64,000 bases of DNA from an uncultured Acidimicrobiales bacterium (GCA_943788915.1 CALSSD010000005.1:558001-622000), one strand, 5' to 3'; counted from the first letter of the stretch, positions 49,421-59,834 are shown. Notes: generated by a model from the letters alone, not told the origin. Program-made: numbers and translations.

Positions 49421-50623
49421 GTGGGGACCACCTCAGATGACAGTGACTTCAGGCTGCGCTGTCGCGCGTTCCTCGACAAACATGCCACAGGCGACGCCAG
49501 TGCGGCACTCAACCAGGACCCTCGTGGCGACGCAGCGCTTGCTGTGGCCCGGTCCTTCCAGGCGCAACTGTTCGCCGCTGGGCTTGCAGGACTAAGCCTG
49601 CCGGTTGCCTTCGGGGGCCAGGGACTCGACCCAAAGTTCGAACACGTCTGGAGAGAGGAGGCGTCGTGTTATCCCCTCATGACCGAAGAACTCTCGATCA
49701 GCCTCGGCAATTGTCTGCCTGTCATCAGCGAGTTCGGCACACCCCGGCAAAAGCAGCGTCACATCGCAGCCGCTTTATCGGGCGAGCACGTCTTCTGTCA
49801 GATGTTCTCCGAACCCGAAGCCGGATCCGATGTCGCGTCAGTACGCACCAGAGCACTCCGCGACGGCGACGGTTGGGTCTTGAGCGGCCAAAAGGTTTGG
49901 ACGACCTTTGCTCATGTGGCTGAGTTCGGCATCGTCCTTGCCCGCACCGACTCCACCCAGCCGAAACACCGTGGGCTGAGCATGTTCATCGTCGACCTCC
50001 GTCTCCCCAGTGTCGATGTTCGGCCGATCCATCAAATCGATGGCGGCAGGCACTTCAACGAGGTCTTTTTCGACAATGTCATCCTCGACGCTGATGCTTT
50101 GCTCCCGCCGGCCAACGAAGGCTGGCGACTCGCTTCTGCCATGCTGAGGTACCAGCGAGTTGCACGGGGCACCGGGCAAATCGACGGGGTACAGCACGAG
50201 GGCGCCGACCGGCTGATCGCCGAACTCGAGCAGCGCAACCCTGACTTAGACCCGGTGCATCGGCAAGAGCTGGTCAGCCTCTATACCGCCGAAGTGTGCA
50301 AGAGTCTGGTCGCTCTCCGCACCCGAGCGGCTGTTGCCGCCGGTCAACCCCCAGGTCCGGGTGGTTCTCTGCCCAAACTTGCCGGCGCACTGATTGCAGC
50401 CCAGAATCGTGAGTTGGCCATGCGTGTCGTAGGTCCCGAGGCCGTGGCTTGGGAAACAACGCCCTGTGGCACAGGTGACTCGTGGGCGCGAGAGGCACTC
50501 TTCGCGACATCGATGTCGATCTCAGGAGGGACCAGCGAGATCCAGCGGAACATCATCGGCGAGCGGGTACTCGGGCTTCCCCGTGAGCCGTCGGTGGACC
50601 AAGATCGACCATTTGCCGGATAA
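49421..50623 (+). CDS. Acyl-CoA dehydrogenase family protein
   Basis: CQMFSEPEAGSD, GQKVWT, FNEVFFD, ISGGTSEIQRNIIGERVLGLP; AGGAG RBS. Confidence 0.92.
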   Translation: MGTTSDDSDFRLRCRAFLDKHATGDASAALNQDPRGDAALAVARSFQAQLFAAGLAGLSLPVAFGGQGLDPKFEHVWREEASCYPLMTEELSISLGNCLPVISEFGTPRQKQRHIAAALSGEHVFCQMFSEPEAGSDVASVRTRALRDGDGWVLSGQKVWTTFAHVAEFGIVLARTDSTQPKHRGLSMFIVDLRLPSVDVRPIHQIDGGRHFNEVFFDNVILDADALLPPANEGWRLASAMLRYQRVARGTGQIDGVQHEGADRLIAELEQRNPDLDPVHRQELVSLYTAEVCKSLVALRTRAAVAAGQPPGPGGSLPKLAGALIAAQNRELAMRVVGPEAVAWETTPCGTGDSWAREALFATSMSISGGTSEIQRNIIGERVLGLPREPSVDQDRPFAG

Positions 50624-50633
50624 CTCGACCATC

Positions 50634-50682
50634 AGACGTGTCAACCGTGACGTCCGCGACAACGTCACGGAACGGACACGTT
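50634..50682. terminator. Stem-loop after acyl-CoA dehydrogenase
   Basis: ACGTGTC..CCGTGACGT / ACGTCACGG..GACACGT nested inverted repeat. Confidence 0.5.
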
Positions 50683-50722
50683 TGTTCAACAATTCACCCT
50701 CTGAACTCGGACAAGCTACTTT

Positions 50723-51931
50723 GTGGCAGTGACGACTCCCACGGACCTCCCCGCTGCTGAGCCGGGAGCCGCACATGGGCTCGACTCCACTCGGTCGTGG
50801 GTGGTGTTGGTCGCAGCGTTCCTGGCGATGTTCACCGTGTTCGGTGTCGCGTACAGCTTTGGTGAGTTCTTTCGCCCCATGGCCGACGAGTTTGGAACCA
50901 ACCGATCAGCAACGGCGTTCTTCTTCTCGATCACCACCTTTGCCTACTTCGCACTTGGCATCTTCAGTGGCCGCATCGCGGATCGATTTGGACCGCGCCG
51001 CGTGGTGGTCTTCGGTGCTGTATCCATGGTGATCGGCCTGCTGCTCACCGCCGAGGTTTCGTCGATCCAACTTGGATATCTCACGTATGGCCTAGGCGTC
51101 GGTATTGGAGTCGCGTGTTGTTATGTGCCGATGGTCGCAGCTGTCGGCGGCTGGTTCGAGGAGAAACGGACCCTCGCTCTCGGCCTCTCGGTCGCCGGAA
51201 TCGGTACTGGCACGCTCGTGCTCGTGCCGATCATCGAGAAGGTGATCGAAGCCAACGGGTGGCGCGAGGCATATCGGGTCCTCGCGGTGATCTCGGGAAT
51301 CTTGTTAGCTGTCGCAGCGCTGGGCGCACACCGTCCTCCCGGATCATCGGTCACTCCCCGACCTATCCGCGAAGTCCTCCGCGGACGCAGCGACTTCTGG
51401 TTCGTCTACGCCGCATCGCTCTTCATCACGATTGCATTATTTACACCGTTCGTGTTCATGGCCGACTACATCGACACGATCGGAGCATCAGGGTCAGCAG
51501 CGGTACTGCTCGGGCTCATCGGTATGTCATCAATTGTTGGCCGGCTGGGGTTCGGCGCAATTGCTGCGAGGATCGGGATACTTGGGCTGTACCGCCTGTC
51601 GTTCTTGGTGCTCGCGCTGAGCTTTCTACTATGGATCGTGGCCGACACGAACTACCCGCTTCTCATCATCTTTGCAATCGTGCTCGGGGTCTCTTACGGC
51701 GGTTTTATAGCGCTCTCACCCGCGGTGGTTGCCGAGATGTTCGGCACGCTCGGTATGGGCGGCGTACTCGGGGCGCTCTACACCGCAGCGGGAGTCGGTG
51801 GTCTCATCGGCCCGCCGGTTATGGGCAAGATCATCGACTCATCCGGCCACACTGCAGCCCAGTGGACCGCGGTCGCGTCGGGCCTCATCGGCACAGCGCT
51901 GCTTTTTCGGGTCAAGCCCCAGACTGCGTGA
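50723..51931 (+). CDS. MFS transporter (monocarboxylate/OFA-like)
   Basis: SWVVLVAAF, GRIADRFGPR, WFEEKRTLALG, ~12 TMs. Confidence 0.9.
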   Translation: MAVTTPTDLPAAEPGAAHGLDSTRSWVVLVAAFLAMFTVFGVAYSFGEFFRPMADEFGTNRSATAFFFSITTFAYFALGIFSGRIADRFGPRRVVVFGAVSMVIGLLLTAEVSSIQLGYLTYGLGVGIGVACCYVPMVAAVGGWFEEKRTLALGLSVAGIGTGTLVLVPIIEKVIEANGWREAYRVLAVISGILLAVAALGAHRPPGSSVTPRPIREVLRGRSDFWFVYAASLFITIALFTPFVFMADYIDTIGASGSAAVLLGLIGMSSIVGRLGFGAIAARIGILGLYRLSFLVLALSFLLWIVADTNYPLLIIFAIVLGVSYGGFIALSPAVVAEMFGTLGMGGVLGALYTAAGVGGLIGPPVMGKIIDSSGHTAAQWTAVASGLIGTALLFRVKPQTA

Positions 51932-52111
51932 CCACTTCACCAGCGTAGGTCGCACACATCGGGGTAGCCCAGGGGTCAGCATTCTCGAAGTCAGCAGGTG
52001 CCAGGGCCGCAAACACTGCGCCTCCAGCAATGCCGTGGAGGTGGCCGACAATCAGGCTGCCCCGAGGGATTCGTTCGCCTTGGCCGATGCACACCTTGTA
52101 ACGTCGTAATC

Positions 52112-54499
52112 GTGGCGAGTCCGGGGGCTCTGGTCATCACTGTCGGCGAGACGGTGATGACATTCGATGTTGATCAGACGATCACGATCGGGCGCGACGA
52201 GACCGCCACCATCGTGATCGACAACCAGCATGTCAGCCGGGCACATGGCGAGCTGCGCCACGAACAGGGGCAGTGGGTCTACCGGGATCTCTACAGCACG
52301 GGCGGAAGCCTGATCGAGGGCCATCCGGTCACCGTTGTTGTCATCGACCGAGCGCTCGATCTAGAGATCGCTCCGCCCGGTGGCGTGACGCTGCGGCTCG
52401 AACCCCAGCTACTTGATTCGACAGATCCAAAAGCCATAACAACCGCTGCAACGATCGAAGAAACCATCACCGTGCGGACCGGGAGTGGCCAGAAGATCAT
52501 CACCATCGGCCGCGACGAAAGTAACGACGTCGTCGTCGACGATCTGATGGTGTCTCGCGAGCATGCCATCGTGCGCCAGACGAGCGACGGCATGGTCGTG
52601 GACGATCTCTTTAGCCGTAATGGCACGTTCGTGAACGGACAACGCATCCGGTCAGCCGAAATCGGTGAGGACGACGTGATCGCCGTTGGCCGCAGCCGTT
52701 TCCGGCTGGTTGGCGACCACCTCGTGCGCACCAACGATGACGGGCCGGTCACGTTTGGAGCCACCGGCGTCTCCTACGAAGTCGGCGACGGCCTACGCCT
52801 TGTCGACAACGTCAGTTTCGAGCTGCCCGAGCGATCGCTCATGGCAATCGTCGGGCCATCCGGTGCCGGTAAGTCAAGCTTGCTCGGCGTACTGAGCGGC
52901 TTGCGAGACCCCGCGGCTGGCCAAGTGCTCTATCAGGGTCGTGACCTGCATGTCGACGGTGAGGAACTCACCCGCCGCATTGGTTTCGTCCCCCAAGCAG
53001 ATCTGCTTCACGACGGCCTGACCGTCCGAGCATCACTTCGTTACACCGAGCAACTCCGCCTGTCGCCCGATACGACCGACACCGAACAAGACCAGCGCAT
53101 CGACGAAGTCCTGGCCCAACTCGGCATGAGTCAACGAGCCGAATCCCGTATCGACCGCCTCTCGGGTGGGGAACGCAAACGGGTCAACGTCGCCACCGAA
53201 CTACTCACTGAGCCGTCACTTCTGCTGCTTGACGAACCAGCGTCTGGGCTCGATGCTGGGCTCGAACGAACGCTCATGCGCCTCTTGCGCAGCCTCGCAG
53301 ATGCTGGCCGCACCATCATCGTGGTCACCCACTCACTCGACAGTCTTGATCTCTGCGACAGGCTTCTCGTGCTTGCACCGGGCGGTGTGCCTGCCTACAT
53401 CGGCCACCCAGCAGGCGTCGCGGATCGTTTTGGCCACAACGACCTCGTCGATACCTTCACCGACCTCGCCACCATCGATACTGATTGGCGTGACCCTCGC
53501 ATCCCGATAGCTGAGCCTGCTTCTGACCGGCCAGGGCCACGGGCTGCCACTACTCCAGCTCCAAAAGCAGGACGAGGCCAGAGACGCGCCGTCCGAGAAT
53601 GGTTCGCACAAGTGGGTGCGCTCAGTCATCGATTCGTATCGGTTCTCGCGTCGGACAAACGCAACCTGATGTTATTGCTCGCACAGGCCCCGATCCTGGG
53701 CGTCCTCATGCTGATCGCTATGCCCACGAGCGAACTGTCGGTGCCGGCGCCCACGCAGATTCGCTTCGTTTCCACCGCTGGCCTGGTGCTGTTCGTCGTT
53801 CTGTTGGGGTCGACTTGGCTTGGTGCCAATAACGCGATCCGAGAGATCGCGAACGAACGGGCGTTGTTTCTTCGCGAGCGAGCTGCGGGTTTGTCGTCTA
53901 CCGCCTATGTCGCGTCGAAGGCGCTGGTGCTTGGTGTCTTCACTGCAGTTCAGTCTGCGGTCCTGCTCGTCATCGCAATCGCCGCCCAAGACGGTCCCGT
54001 CGATGCGGTTGTGCTCGGCAATGCCCATAGTGAGCTGATCGCGGTCGTTGCGCTTGCTGGCGTAGCGTCGATGGCTCTGTCGTTATTGATCTCGGCGATC
54101 GTTGGCACACCAGATCGGGCAACCACGCTGCTTCCGATCGTGCTCATCTTGCAGTTCGTGCTATCGGCTGGCGGGGTGTTGCCAGAGATCGTTGACAAAC
54201 CCATACTTCGCGAAGTCGCCAACCTGTCGAGTTCTCAATGGGGCTTCGCTGGTTCCGCGAGTACGGCAGACCTCAACCAGCTCCAGGCATTCACTGACCA
54301 ACTTCGCGAACTGCGAGAAGTCGACGCCGCGGATCCGGGGCCAGCACTAGAAGCGCTCGCCGAACCGTTCGACCCACCAGCCCGTTGGGCTCACACTCCG
54401 TCAGCCTGGTTCACGTCAATCGGTGCTCTGATCGTTCTGACGCTCGCACCGCTCGGCGCGTCGGTCATCGTGCTGCGCCGCAAGGAACCACTCCCATGA
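52112..54499 (+). CDS. FHA-FHA-ABC ATPase-permease fusion (Rv1747-like exporter)
   Basis: Two FHA motifs (IGRD..VSRAH; IGRD..VSREH..SRNGT), GPSGAGKS, LSGGERKR, LDEP, ABC-2 TM domain; start approximate. Confidence 0.9.
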   Translation: MASPGALVITVGETVMTFDVDQTITIGRDETATIVIDNQHVSRAHGELRHEQGQWVYRDLYSTGGSLIEGHPVTVVVIDRALDLEIAPPGGVTLRLEPQLLDSTDPKAITTAATIEETITVRTGSGQKIITIGRDESNDVVVDDLMVSREHAIVRQTSDGMVVDDLFSRNGTFVNGQRIRSAEIGEDDVIAVGRSRFRLVGDHLVRTNDDGPVTFGATGVSYEVGDGLRLVDNVSFELPERSLMAIVGPSGAGKSSLLGVLSGLRDPAAGQVLYQGRDLHVDGEELTRRIGFVPQADLLHDGLTVRASLRYTEQLRLSPDTTDTEQDQRIDEVLAQLGMSQRAESRIDRLSGGERKRVNVATELLTEPSLLLLDEPASGLDAGLERTLMRLLRSLADAGRTIIVVTHSLDSLDLCDRLLVLAPGGVPAYIGHPAGVADRFGHNDLVDTFTDLATIDTDWRDPRIPIAEPASDRPGPRAATTPAPKAGRGQRRAVREWFAQVGALSHRFVSVLASDKRNLMLLLAQAPILGVLMLIAMPTSELSVPAPTQIRFVSTAGLVLFVVLLGSTWLGANNAIREIANERALFLRERAAGLSSTAYVASKALVLGVFTAVQSAVLLVIAIAAQDGPVDAVVLGNAHSELIAVVALAGVASMALSLLISAIVGTPDRATTLLPIVLILQFVLSAGGVLPEIVDKPILREVANLSSSQWGFAGSASTADLNQLQAFTDQLRELREVDAADPGPALEALAEPFDPPARWAHTPSAWFTSIGALIVLTLAPLGASVIVLRRKEPLP

Positions 54500-55476
54500 G
54501 TCGGTTGGCGACGAGGTTGGGACTCAGCGTGATGGTGCTCGTGGCAGTGCTCACCGCCTGCGCAACCGACGAGCTCACTCGTACACCGCCTGGGCTCGCG
54601 CCTGCCCAGGGCACGGCGCTCACCGCCGAGTGGGCGGAGATCGCCGCTGGGCTCAACGTTTCGATCACTGACACGACGGCCACTCCCTGTCATCGGGGCG
54701 AACCAAGTTGCCTCGCCGCCGTCGTCACCGAAATGGAGGCCCGCCTTGAGGCCCGGCCGTGTGCGCACACCTCGCCTTTTGCGTTCACGTACCTTGAGAT
54801 GACTCGTGGAGTGGCGAACGAAGTCGCCTCGTTCGATGACGCAGCCCTGATCTCCGTCGTCGACGCCCGTTTCGCCCAGCAGTATTTCGACGCATTCGAC
54901 AACTGGCAGCTGGGGCGGATCGAAGATGTGCCAGCGGCATGGCAGATGGCTTTCGCTACCGCCGACCGACAGCAATCCTCTGCGGCGCTCGATCTGATCT
55001 TGGGCATGAACGCCCACATCAGTCGCGACCTTGCCTACATCGTGGCCACCGCGGTAGCGAGTGACCCAAACCTGCGTGAGCAGCCCGACGACTACTTGCG
55101 GGTCAACGATGTGATCGCTGAAGTGAAATCACCCATGCTTGCCAACGCAGCTGATCGGTTCGACCCCAACCTATTCTTGCTCGATACCGATCTAACTGCG
55201 CAGGGAGCTCCCGATCCAGTCACGCTCATCGCTGACTGGCGAGCGTTTTCATTCGATCTCGGTCGCCGGCTCGCGCTTGCGGAGACATCTGCGCAGACCG
55301 ACGCCGTGATCGCAGAGATCGAACGGACTTCAACCGCAGCTGCTGCAGTGCTCATCGCTGCCGAAGGCGCAGAGGGCACGGCGGAACTTGCCGGAGCGGT
55401 TGCAGGGCTGCCCCAAGGTGACGCGTTGTTCCTGGATGCAGCGGGCCGACGGAACTTCTGCGAGCGGGCTCGTTAG
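54496..55476 (+). CDS. Lipoprotein, DUF5995-like
   Basis: Lipobox LTAC; FAQQYFDA, VPAAWQMAF, LGMNAHISRDL; ATGA overlap with upstream gene. Confidence 0.7.
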   Translation: MSRLATRLGLSVMVLVAVLTACATDELTRTPPGLAPAQGTALTAEWAEIAAGLNVSITDTTATPCHRGEPSCLAAVVTEMEARLEARPCAHTSPFAFTYLEMTRGVANEVASFDDAALISVVDARFAQQYFDAFDNWQLGRIEDVPAAWQMAFATADRQQSSAALDLILGMNAHISRDLAYIVATAVASDPNLREQPDDYLRVNDVIAEVKSPMLANAADRFDPNLFLLDTDLTAQGAPDPVTLIADWRAFSFDLGRRLALAETSAQTDAVIAEIERTSTAAAAVLIAAEGAEGTAELAGAVAGLPQGDALFLDAAGRRNFCERAR

Positions 55477-55640
55477 CGCTCGACTCTCAGGCGCAACCAA
55501 CTTGCCACTGGCTGCACGAATCAGCAGCTACGGCCAGTGTTCGTCTGACTCAACGGCGTGTGGTGCCGAGACAACCTCAAGACAGACTCACGATCAGTTG
55601 ACCGCAACGGGAGCGTTCGAAGGCGACACGCGTAGACTCA

Positions 55641-55732
55641 GCAGGCATTGCTTCGGAAGTCCGGTGAAAGTCCGGCACTGTCCCGCAACGGTAAAGCCTT
55701 GAACACAAGGACGAGTCCGGTCGGAAGCCTGC
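55641..55732 (+). ncRNA. Cobalamin riboswitch
   Basis: GGAAGTCCGGTGAAAGTCCGGCACTGTCCCGCAACGGTAA..GAGTCCGG core, closed by GCAGGC/GCCTGC, upstream of a B12 uptake/salvage operon. Confidence 0.93.
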
Positions 55733-55811
55733 GCTACGAGAACCACTAACCCCTCGAGGAAGGGCTGGTTCGGGACCAGGTTCTCTCCTGCCCGACCAGC
55801 AGGAGAACCCT

Positions 55812-56843
55812 ATGAAGTCCCGATTGTTCGTGTGCATTCTTGCACTATTTGCGGTTGTCGCCGCCAGCTGTGGCAGCGACGATCCCGTTATCGAGGCGGC
55901 CAATGACTCCGTGGTCGAAACGCCCGTTGCCTCTGACGATGAGGCCGATGCCAGCGCCGACGATGCAACAGAAGACGACGAGCCGGTCGCTGCAGACGAT
56001 GCCGACTCAGCCACTGATGCAACGGCTGACGATGAGCCGGTCGCTGCAGACGAGGACGTGTCCGACGTACCTCAGCGCATCGTGTCGTTGAATCCAACAG
56101 CGACCGAGATGTTGTTCGCTATCGGTGCAGGTGACCAGGTCGTCGCCGTGGACCAGTTCTCCTACTACCCCGCCGAAGCACCTGTCACCAACTTGTCCGG
56201 CTTCGACCCAAACATCGAAGCAATCGCCGGTTTCGAGCCCGACCTCGTTGTCACCGACTTCGCCCTCGAAGGGCTCGAAGTGATTGGCCTCTCGAACCAC
56301 GCGGTGCCAGCAGCGACCAATCTCGACGAGATCTACGCCCAAATCGAACAACTCGGCGCTATCACCGGCCATGTCGGCGAAGCGGCTGAGCTTGTGCTCC
56401 AGATGCAGACCGCTATCGACGCGGTGCTTGTTTCACTTCCTGCTCGCGAGACACCGCTCACGTATTACCACGAACTCGACAACACACTGTTCAGCGTGAC
56501 CTCGTCAACCTTCATCGGGTACGTGTACGACTTGTTTGGGCTCGTCAACATTGCTGACCCAGCAGACGCCGACGGAAGTGCCTATGGCTACCCCCAACTG
56601 AACGAAGAGTTCATCATCACCGCGAATCCCGACATCGTCTTCCTGGCCGACACCATCTGCTGCGGACAAACCGCCGAGACCGCTGCTGCCCGTCCCGGCT
56701 GGGATCAGCTCGGCGCGGTACAGAACGGCAATGTTGTCGAGCTCAACGATGACATCGTGAGCCGCTGGGGACCTCGCATCGTTGATTTCATCGAGGCTGT
56801 CGGCATCGCCGTAAACGAACTCGAAACGGCACCTGCTAATTAG
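55812..56843 (+). CDS. btuF: Cobalamin ABC transporter substrate-binding lipoprotein
   Basis: Lipobox AASC, PQRIVSLNPTATEMLFAIGAG, NIEAI..EPDLV, SRWGPRIVD; riboswitch context. Confidence 0.85.
   Translation: MKSRLFVCILALFAVVAASCGSDDPVIEAANDSVVETPVASDDEADASADDATEDDEPVAADDADSATDATADDEPVAADEDVSDVPQRIVSLNPTATEMLFAIGAGDQVVAVDQFSYYPAEAPVTNLSGFDPNIEAIAGFEPDLVVTDFALEGLEVIGLSNHAVPAATNLDEIYAQIEQLGAITGHVGEAAELVLQMQTAIDAVLVSLPARETPLTYYHELDNTLFSVTSSTFIGYVYDLFGLVNIADPADADGSAYGYPQLNEEFIITANPDIVFLADTICCGQTAETAAARPGWDQLGAVQNGNVVELNDDIVSRWGPRIVDFIEAVGIAVNELETAPAN
55962..56053. repeat. 54-bp-period internal duplication in BtuF acidic linker
   Basis: DAT(E/A)DDEPVAAD twice; gagccggtcgctgcagacga identical in both. 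Confidence 0.8.
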
Positions 56844-56876
56844 CGCCAGGCCAGCTGACACCCGATTGGTATACCG

Positions 56877-57914
56877 ATGAACGCGACCCCTACGACTGCC
56901 AGACCACTCTGGCTCGCCGCGGGGGTCGCGTTCGTCATTGGTGCGGCATCACTGGCGTTGTTGGTTGGTCCGACGTCGATCCCTGTCGGCGGCACACTTC
57001 TCGAGACGCTCGACCGGCTAACCCCGTTCACTATCGACTCTGGGCTTAGCGAAACCCAACAAGCGATCGTGTGGAATCTGCGGTTGCCACGGGTCGTACT
57101 TGGCCTGCTGGTCGGCGCCTCGCTCGCGACCGCTGGCGGTACGTACCAAGGCGTTTTTCGTAACCCGCTGGCAGATCCATACCTGCTCGGCATCGCTGCG
57201 GGTGGCGGTCTCGGCGCAACTCTCGCCTTCGTCAACGACTTTGGCGATGGCAACGGAGCGTTCGACGGGGTACAGATCGCAGCCTTCATCGGCGCGTTGT
57301 CAGCCGTCGCCCTCACCTGGCTCGTGGGTGTCGCCGGAGACCGGACCCACGGGACCACCACACTGATCCTGACCGGTGTCGCTGTGGCCAGCTTCTTCAC
57401 CGCACTCCAGACATATCTTCAGCAGCGAAACACCGAGAACATTCGCGAGATCTACACCTGGCTCCTCGGTGGCCTCACCACCAGCGGCTGGAGCGAGGTC
57501 ACGCAGCTAGTACCTGTGGCCGTCGTGCTGCTGGCCGTGCTGGCCATGTCTGGCCGGACGCTCGACATCATGGCAGTGGGCGACGAGGAAGCCAAGCTGC
57601 TTGGCTTGGCCGTGCCCCAGGTCCGCGTCGGTCTGCTGGTGGCCGCATCACTTCTCACCGCCGCAGCGGTCGCAGTGAGCGGGCTGATTGCGTTCGTGGG
57701 CCTGATCGTGCCCCACGCCGTTCGACTGCTGTTCGGAGCGAGCTTTCGAGTCATCGTGCCGTTGTCCATCTTCGCTGGCGCAGGGTTTCTCGTTCTCTGT
57801 GACCTGGCAGCTCGCACCATTCTGAGCCCTGCCGAGATCCCCATCGGGGTGGTCACCGCGTTCTTTGGTGCTCCGTTCTTCGTCTTCGTCCTGCGTTCGG
57901 TCGGTTCACGATGA
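56877..57914 (+). CDS. btuC: Cobalamin ABC transporter permease (FecCD family)
   Basis: LRLPRV, FRNPLADPYLLG, GLIAFVGLIVPH, EIPIGVVT. Confidence 0.88.
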   Translation: MNATPTTARPLWLAAGVAFVIGAASLALLVGPTSIPVGGTLLETLDRLTPFTIDSGLSETQQAIVWNLRLPRVVLGLLVGASLATAGGTYQGVFRNPLADPYLLGIAAGGGLGATLAFVNDFGDGNGAFDGVQIAAFIGALSAVALTWLVGVAGDRTHGTTTLILTGVAVASFFTALQTYLQQRNTENIREIYTWLLGGLTTSGWSEVTQLVPVAVVLLAVLAMSGRTLDIMAVGDEEAKLLGLAVPQVRVGLLVAASLLTAAAVAVSGLIAFVGLIVPHAVRLLFGASFRVIVPLSIFAGAGFLVLCDLAARTILSPAEIPIGVVTAFFGAPFFVFVLRSVGSR

Positions 57915-58708
57915 CAGCCGGGATCAGGGCAGAACAGCTGGCTGTCACCATCGATAAGGCGACCTTGTTGCACCCCACCGACCTCTCGGTCGAGGCGGGA
58001 ACATGGTTGTCAATCATTGGACCGAACGGTGCCGGTAAGTCGACGTTGCTGCGAGCGCTCGTCGGGGCCGCTCGAAGCAAAGGCACCGTCACGGTCAACG
58101 GTGTAGACGTGGCATCGATGAAACGCACCGAGCGGGCGCGCACGCTTGCCTGGGTGCCACAAGTACCCGTCATTCCGACCGGCTTTCGGGTGATCGACTA
58201 CGTCTTGCTCGGACGTACGCCACACCGTCATCCGCTCGCCGCCGAACGCCCTGAAGATCTCGCCGTAGTCCAAGACGTTCTGATCGATCTTGATCTTGGC
58301 GACTTTGCAGATCGCGAGGTCGCATCACTGTCCGGCGGTGAACGGCAGCGGGTCATCATCGCACGAGCGCTGGCCCAGCAAGCGCCGATCCTGCTGCTGG
58401 ATGAACCGACCACGGCACTCGACCTCGGTCATCAACAAGAAGTGTTGCTGTTGCTTGACCGGCTGCGCAACCATGGACAGACAATCATCTCGACCATGCA
58501 CGACCTGTCGCTCGCAGGCCACTTCGCCGACCGGCTTGTCTTGCTTGCCGCAGGGCGAGTCGTGGCCGACGGTTCTGCCGCCGATGTGTTGACCGAGCAG
58601 AATATGGCTGAGTATTACAACGCTGACGTGACTGTTACCCATAACAATGGCACCGTCACCGTCATGCCTCGCATCGCCCCCCGTATCCCCCGAACCAATC
58701 CCTCGTGA
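57911..58708 (+). CDS. btuD: Cobalamin ABC transporter ATPase
   Basis: GPNGAGKST, LSGGERQR, LLDEPT, MHDL. Confidence 0.88.
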   Translation: MTAGIRAEQLAVTIDKATLLHPTDLSVEAGTWLSIIGPNGAGKSTLLRALVGAARSKGTVTVNGVDVASMKRTERARTLAWVPQVPVIPTGFRVIDYVLLGRTPHRHPLAAERPEDLAVVQDVLIDLDLGDFADREVASLSGGERQRVIIARALAQQAPILLLDEPTTALDLGHQQEVLLLLDRLRNHGQTIISTMHDLSLAGHFADRLVLLAAGRVVADGSAADVLTEQNMAEYYNADVTVTHNNGTVTVMPRIAPRIPRTNPS

Positions 58709-58725
58709 ACCTCCAGGAGTAACCC

Positions 58726-59292
58726 ATGGCTACCGAACCAATCGAAGAGAACCCCGCCGCCGACAAGTCCGGCTTCGCCAAGTCTGTCGTGGTCGTCAAC
58801 ACTGGCGACGGCAAAGGCAAGTCCACGTCGGCGTTTGGTGTCATGATCCGCGGAGTTGCACGCGGCTGGAATGTCGCCGTGCTGCAGTTCATCAAGTCGG
58901 GCGAGTGGAACGTTGGCGAGGAGAAGATCGGCGAACAGCTCGGTGTCGAGTGGTTCAACGAGGGCGAAGGTTTCACCTGGGACTCCGACAACATCGACCA
59001 CGACAAGGCACTCGCTCAGAGGGGTTGGGATCGCGCCGCAGCACTCATCGCTGCGGGTGAACACGAGCTGATCATCCTGGATGAACTCACCTACCTGATC
59101 AACTGGGGATGGATCGAAGCCGAACCCGTGTACGAAGCCATTCGTTCGCGACCCGAGAAAGTCAATCTGGTCATAACCGGCCGCGACGCTCCCCAGGGGC
59201 TCATCGACGTTGCCGACACCGTGAGCGAAGTCCGCAAGATCAAACACGCCTTCGACAGCGGCATCCTGGCCAAGAAGGGCATCGACTACTGA
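58726..59292 (+). CDS. cobO: Cob(I)yrinic acid a,c-diamide adenosyltransferase
   Basis: TGDGKGKSTSAFG, QFIKS, GEGFTW, ILDE, ITGR, KHAF..G...KGIDY. Confidence 0.93.
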   Translation: MATEPIEENPAADKSGFAKSVVVVNTGDGKGKSTSAFGVMIRGVARGWNVAVLQFIKSGEWNVGEEKIGEQLGVEWFNEGEGFTWDSDNIDHDKALAQRGWDRAAALIAAGEHELIILDELTYLINWGWIEAEPVYEAIRSRPEKVNLVITGRDAPQGLIDVADTVSEVRKIKHAFDSGILAKKGIDY

Positions 59293-59834
59293 TGCGTCTC
59301 GGGCGGGGCATGTCGCTGCTGATCGGCGGGGCCCGCAGCGGCAAGAGCGACCTGTCCGTTCGCCTTGGCCAGTCATGGCCAGGGCCCGTCACCTTCGTGG
59401 CCACGGCAACCGCAGGCGACAGCGACATGGCGCAACGAATCGAGCGCCACCAGGACGAGCGACCAGCAGAGTGGGACCTTATCGAGTCGCCGCTGTTTGG
59501 TGTCGACGACGCCGACCGGCTACCTACCGATGAACTCGTGATCCTGGACTGCGTCACGTTGTTGGTGGCCAACCTGATGTTCGACGGCCTTGCCGAAGCC
59601 GAAATCACCACCCATATCAGCGCTCTCGCTCAGTCGCTGGAGGCCCGGCAGTCACCCACCGTTGTGATCACCAATGAGGTTGGGCTTGGTATACACCCCG
59701 AGTCAGCCATGGGGCGCGAGTACCGAGATCTTCTAGGCCGGGCCAACCGGTCGATGGCGGCTCGTGCCGAGAGCAGCATGTTTGTCGCTGCTGGCAAGGT
59801 GTTTCCTCTCCAGGACCTTGACCTGACCTGGTAG
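59292..59834 (+). CDS. cobU: Adenosylcobinamide kinase/adenosylcobinamide-phosphate guanylyltransferase
   Basis: GGARSGKS, RIERHQDER, LDCVT, NEVGLGIHP, YRDLLGRAN. Confidence 0.92.
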   Translation: MRLGRGMSLLIGGARSGKSDLSVRLGQSWPGPVTFVATATAGDSDMAQRIERHQDERPAEWDLIESPLFGVDDADRLPTDELVILDCVTLLVANLMFDGLAEAEITTHISALAQSLEARQSPTVVITNEVGLGIHPESAMGREYRDLLGRANRSMAARAESSMFVAAGKVFPLQDLDLTW

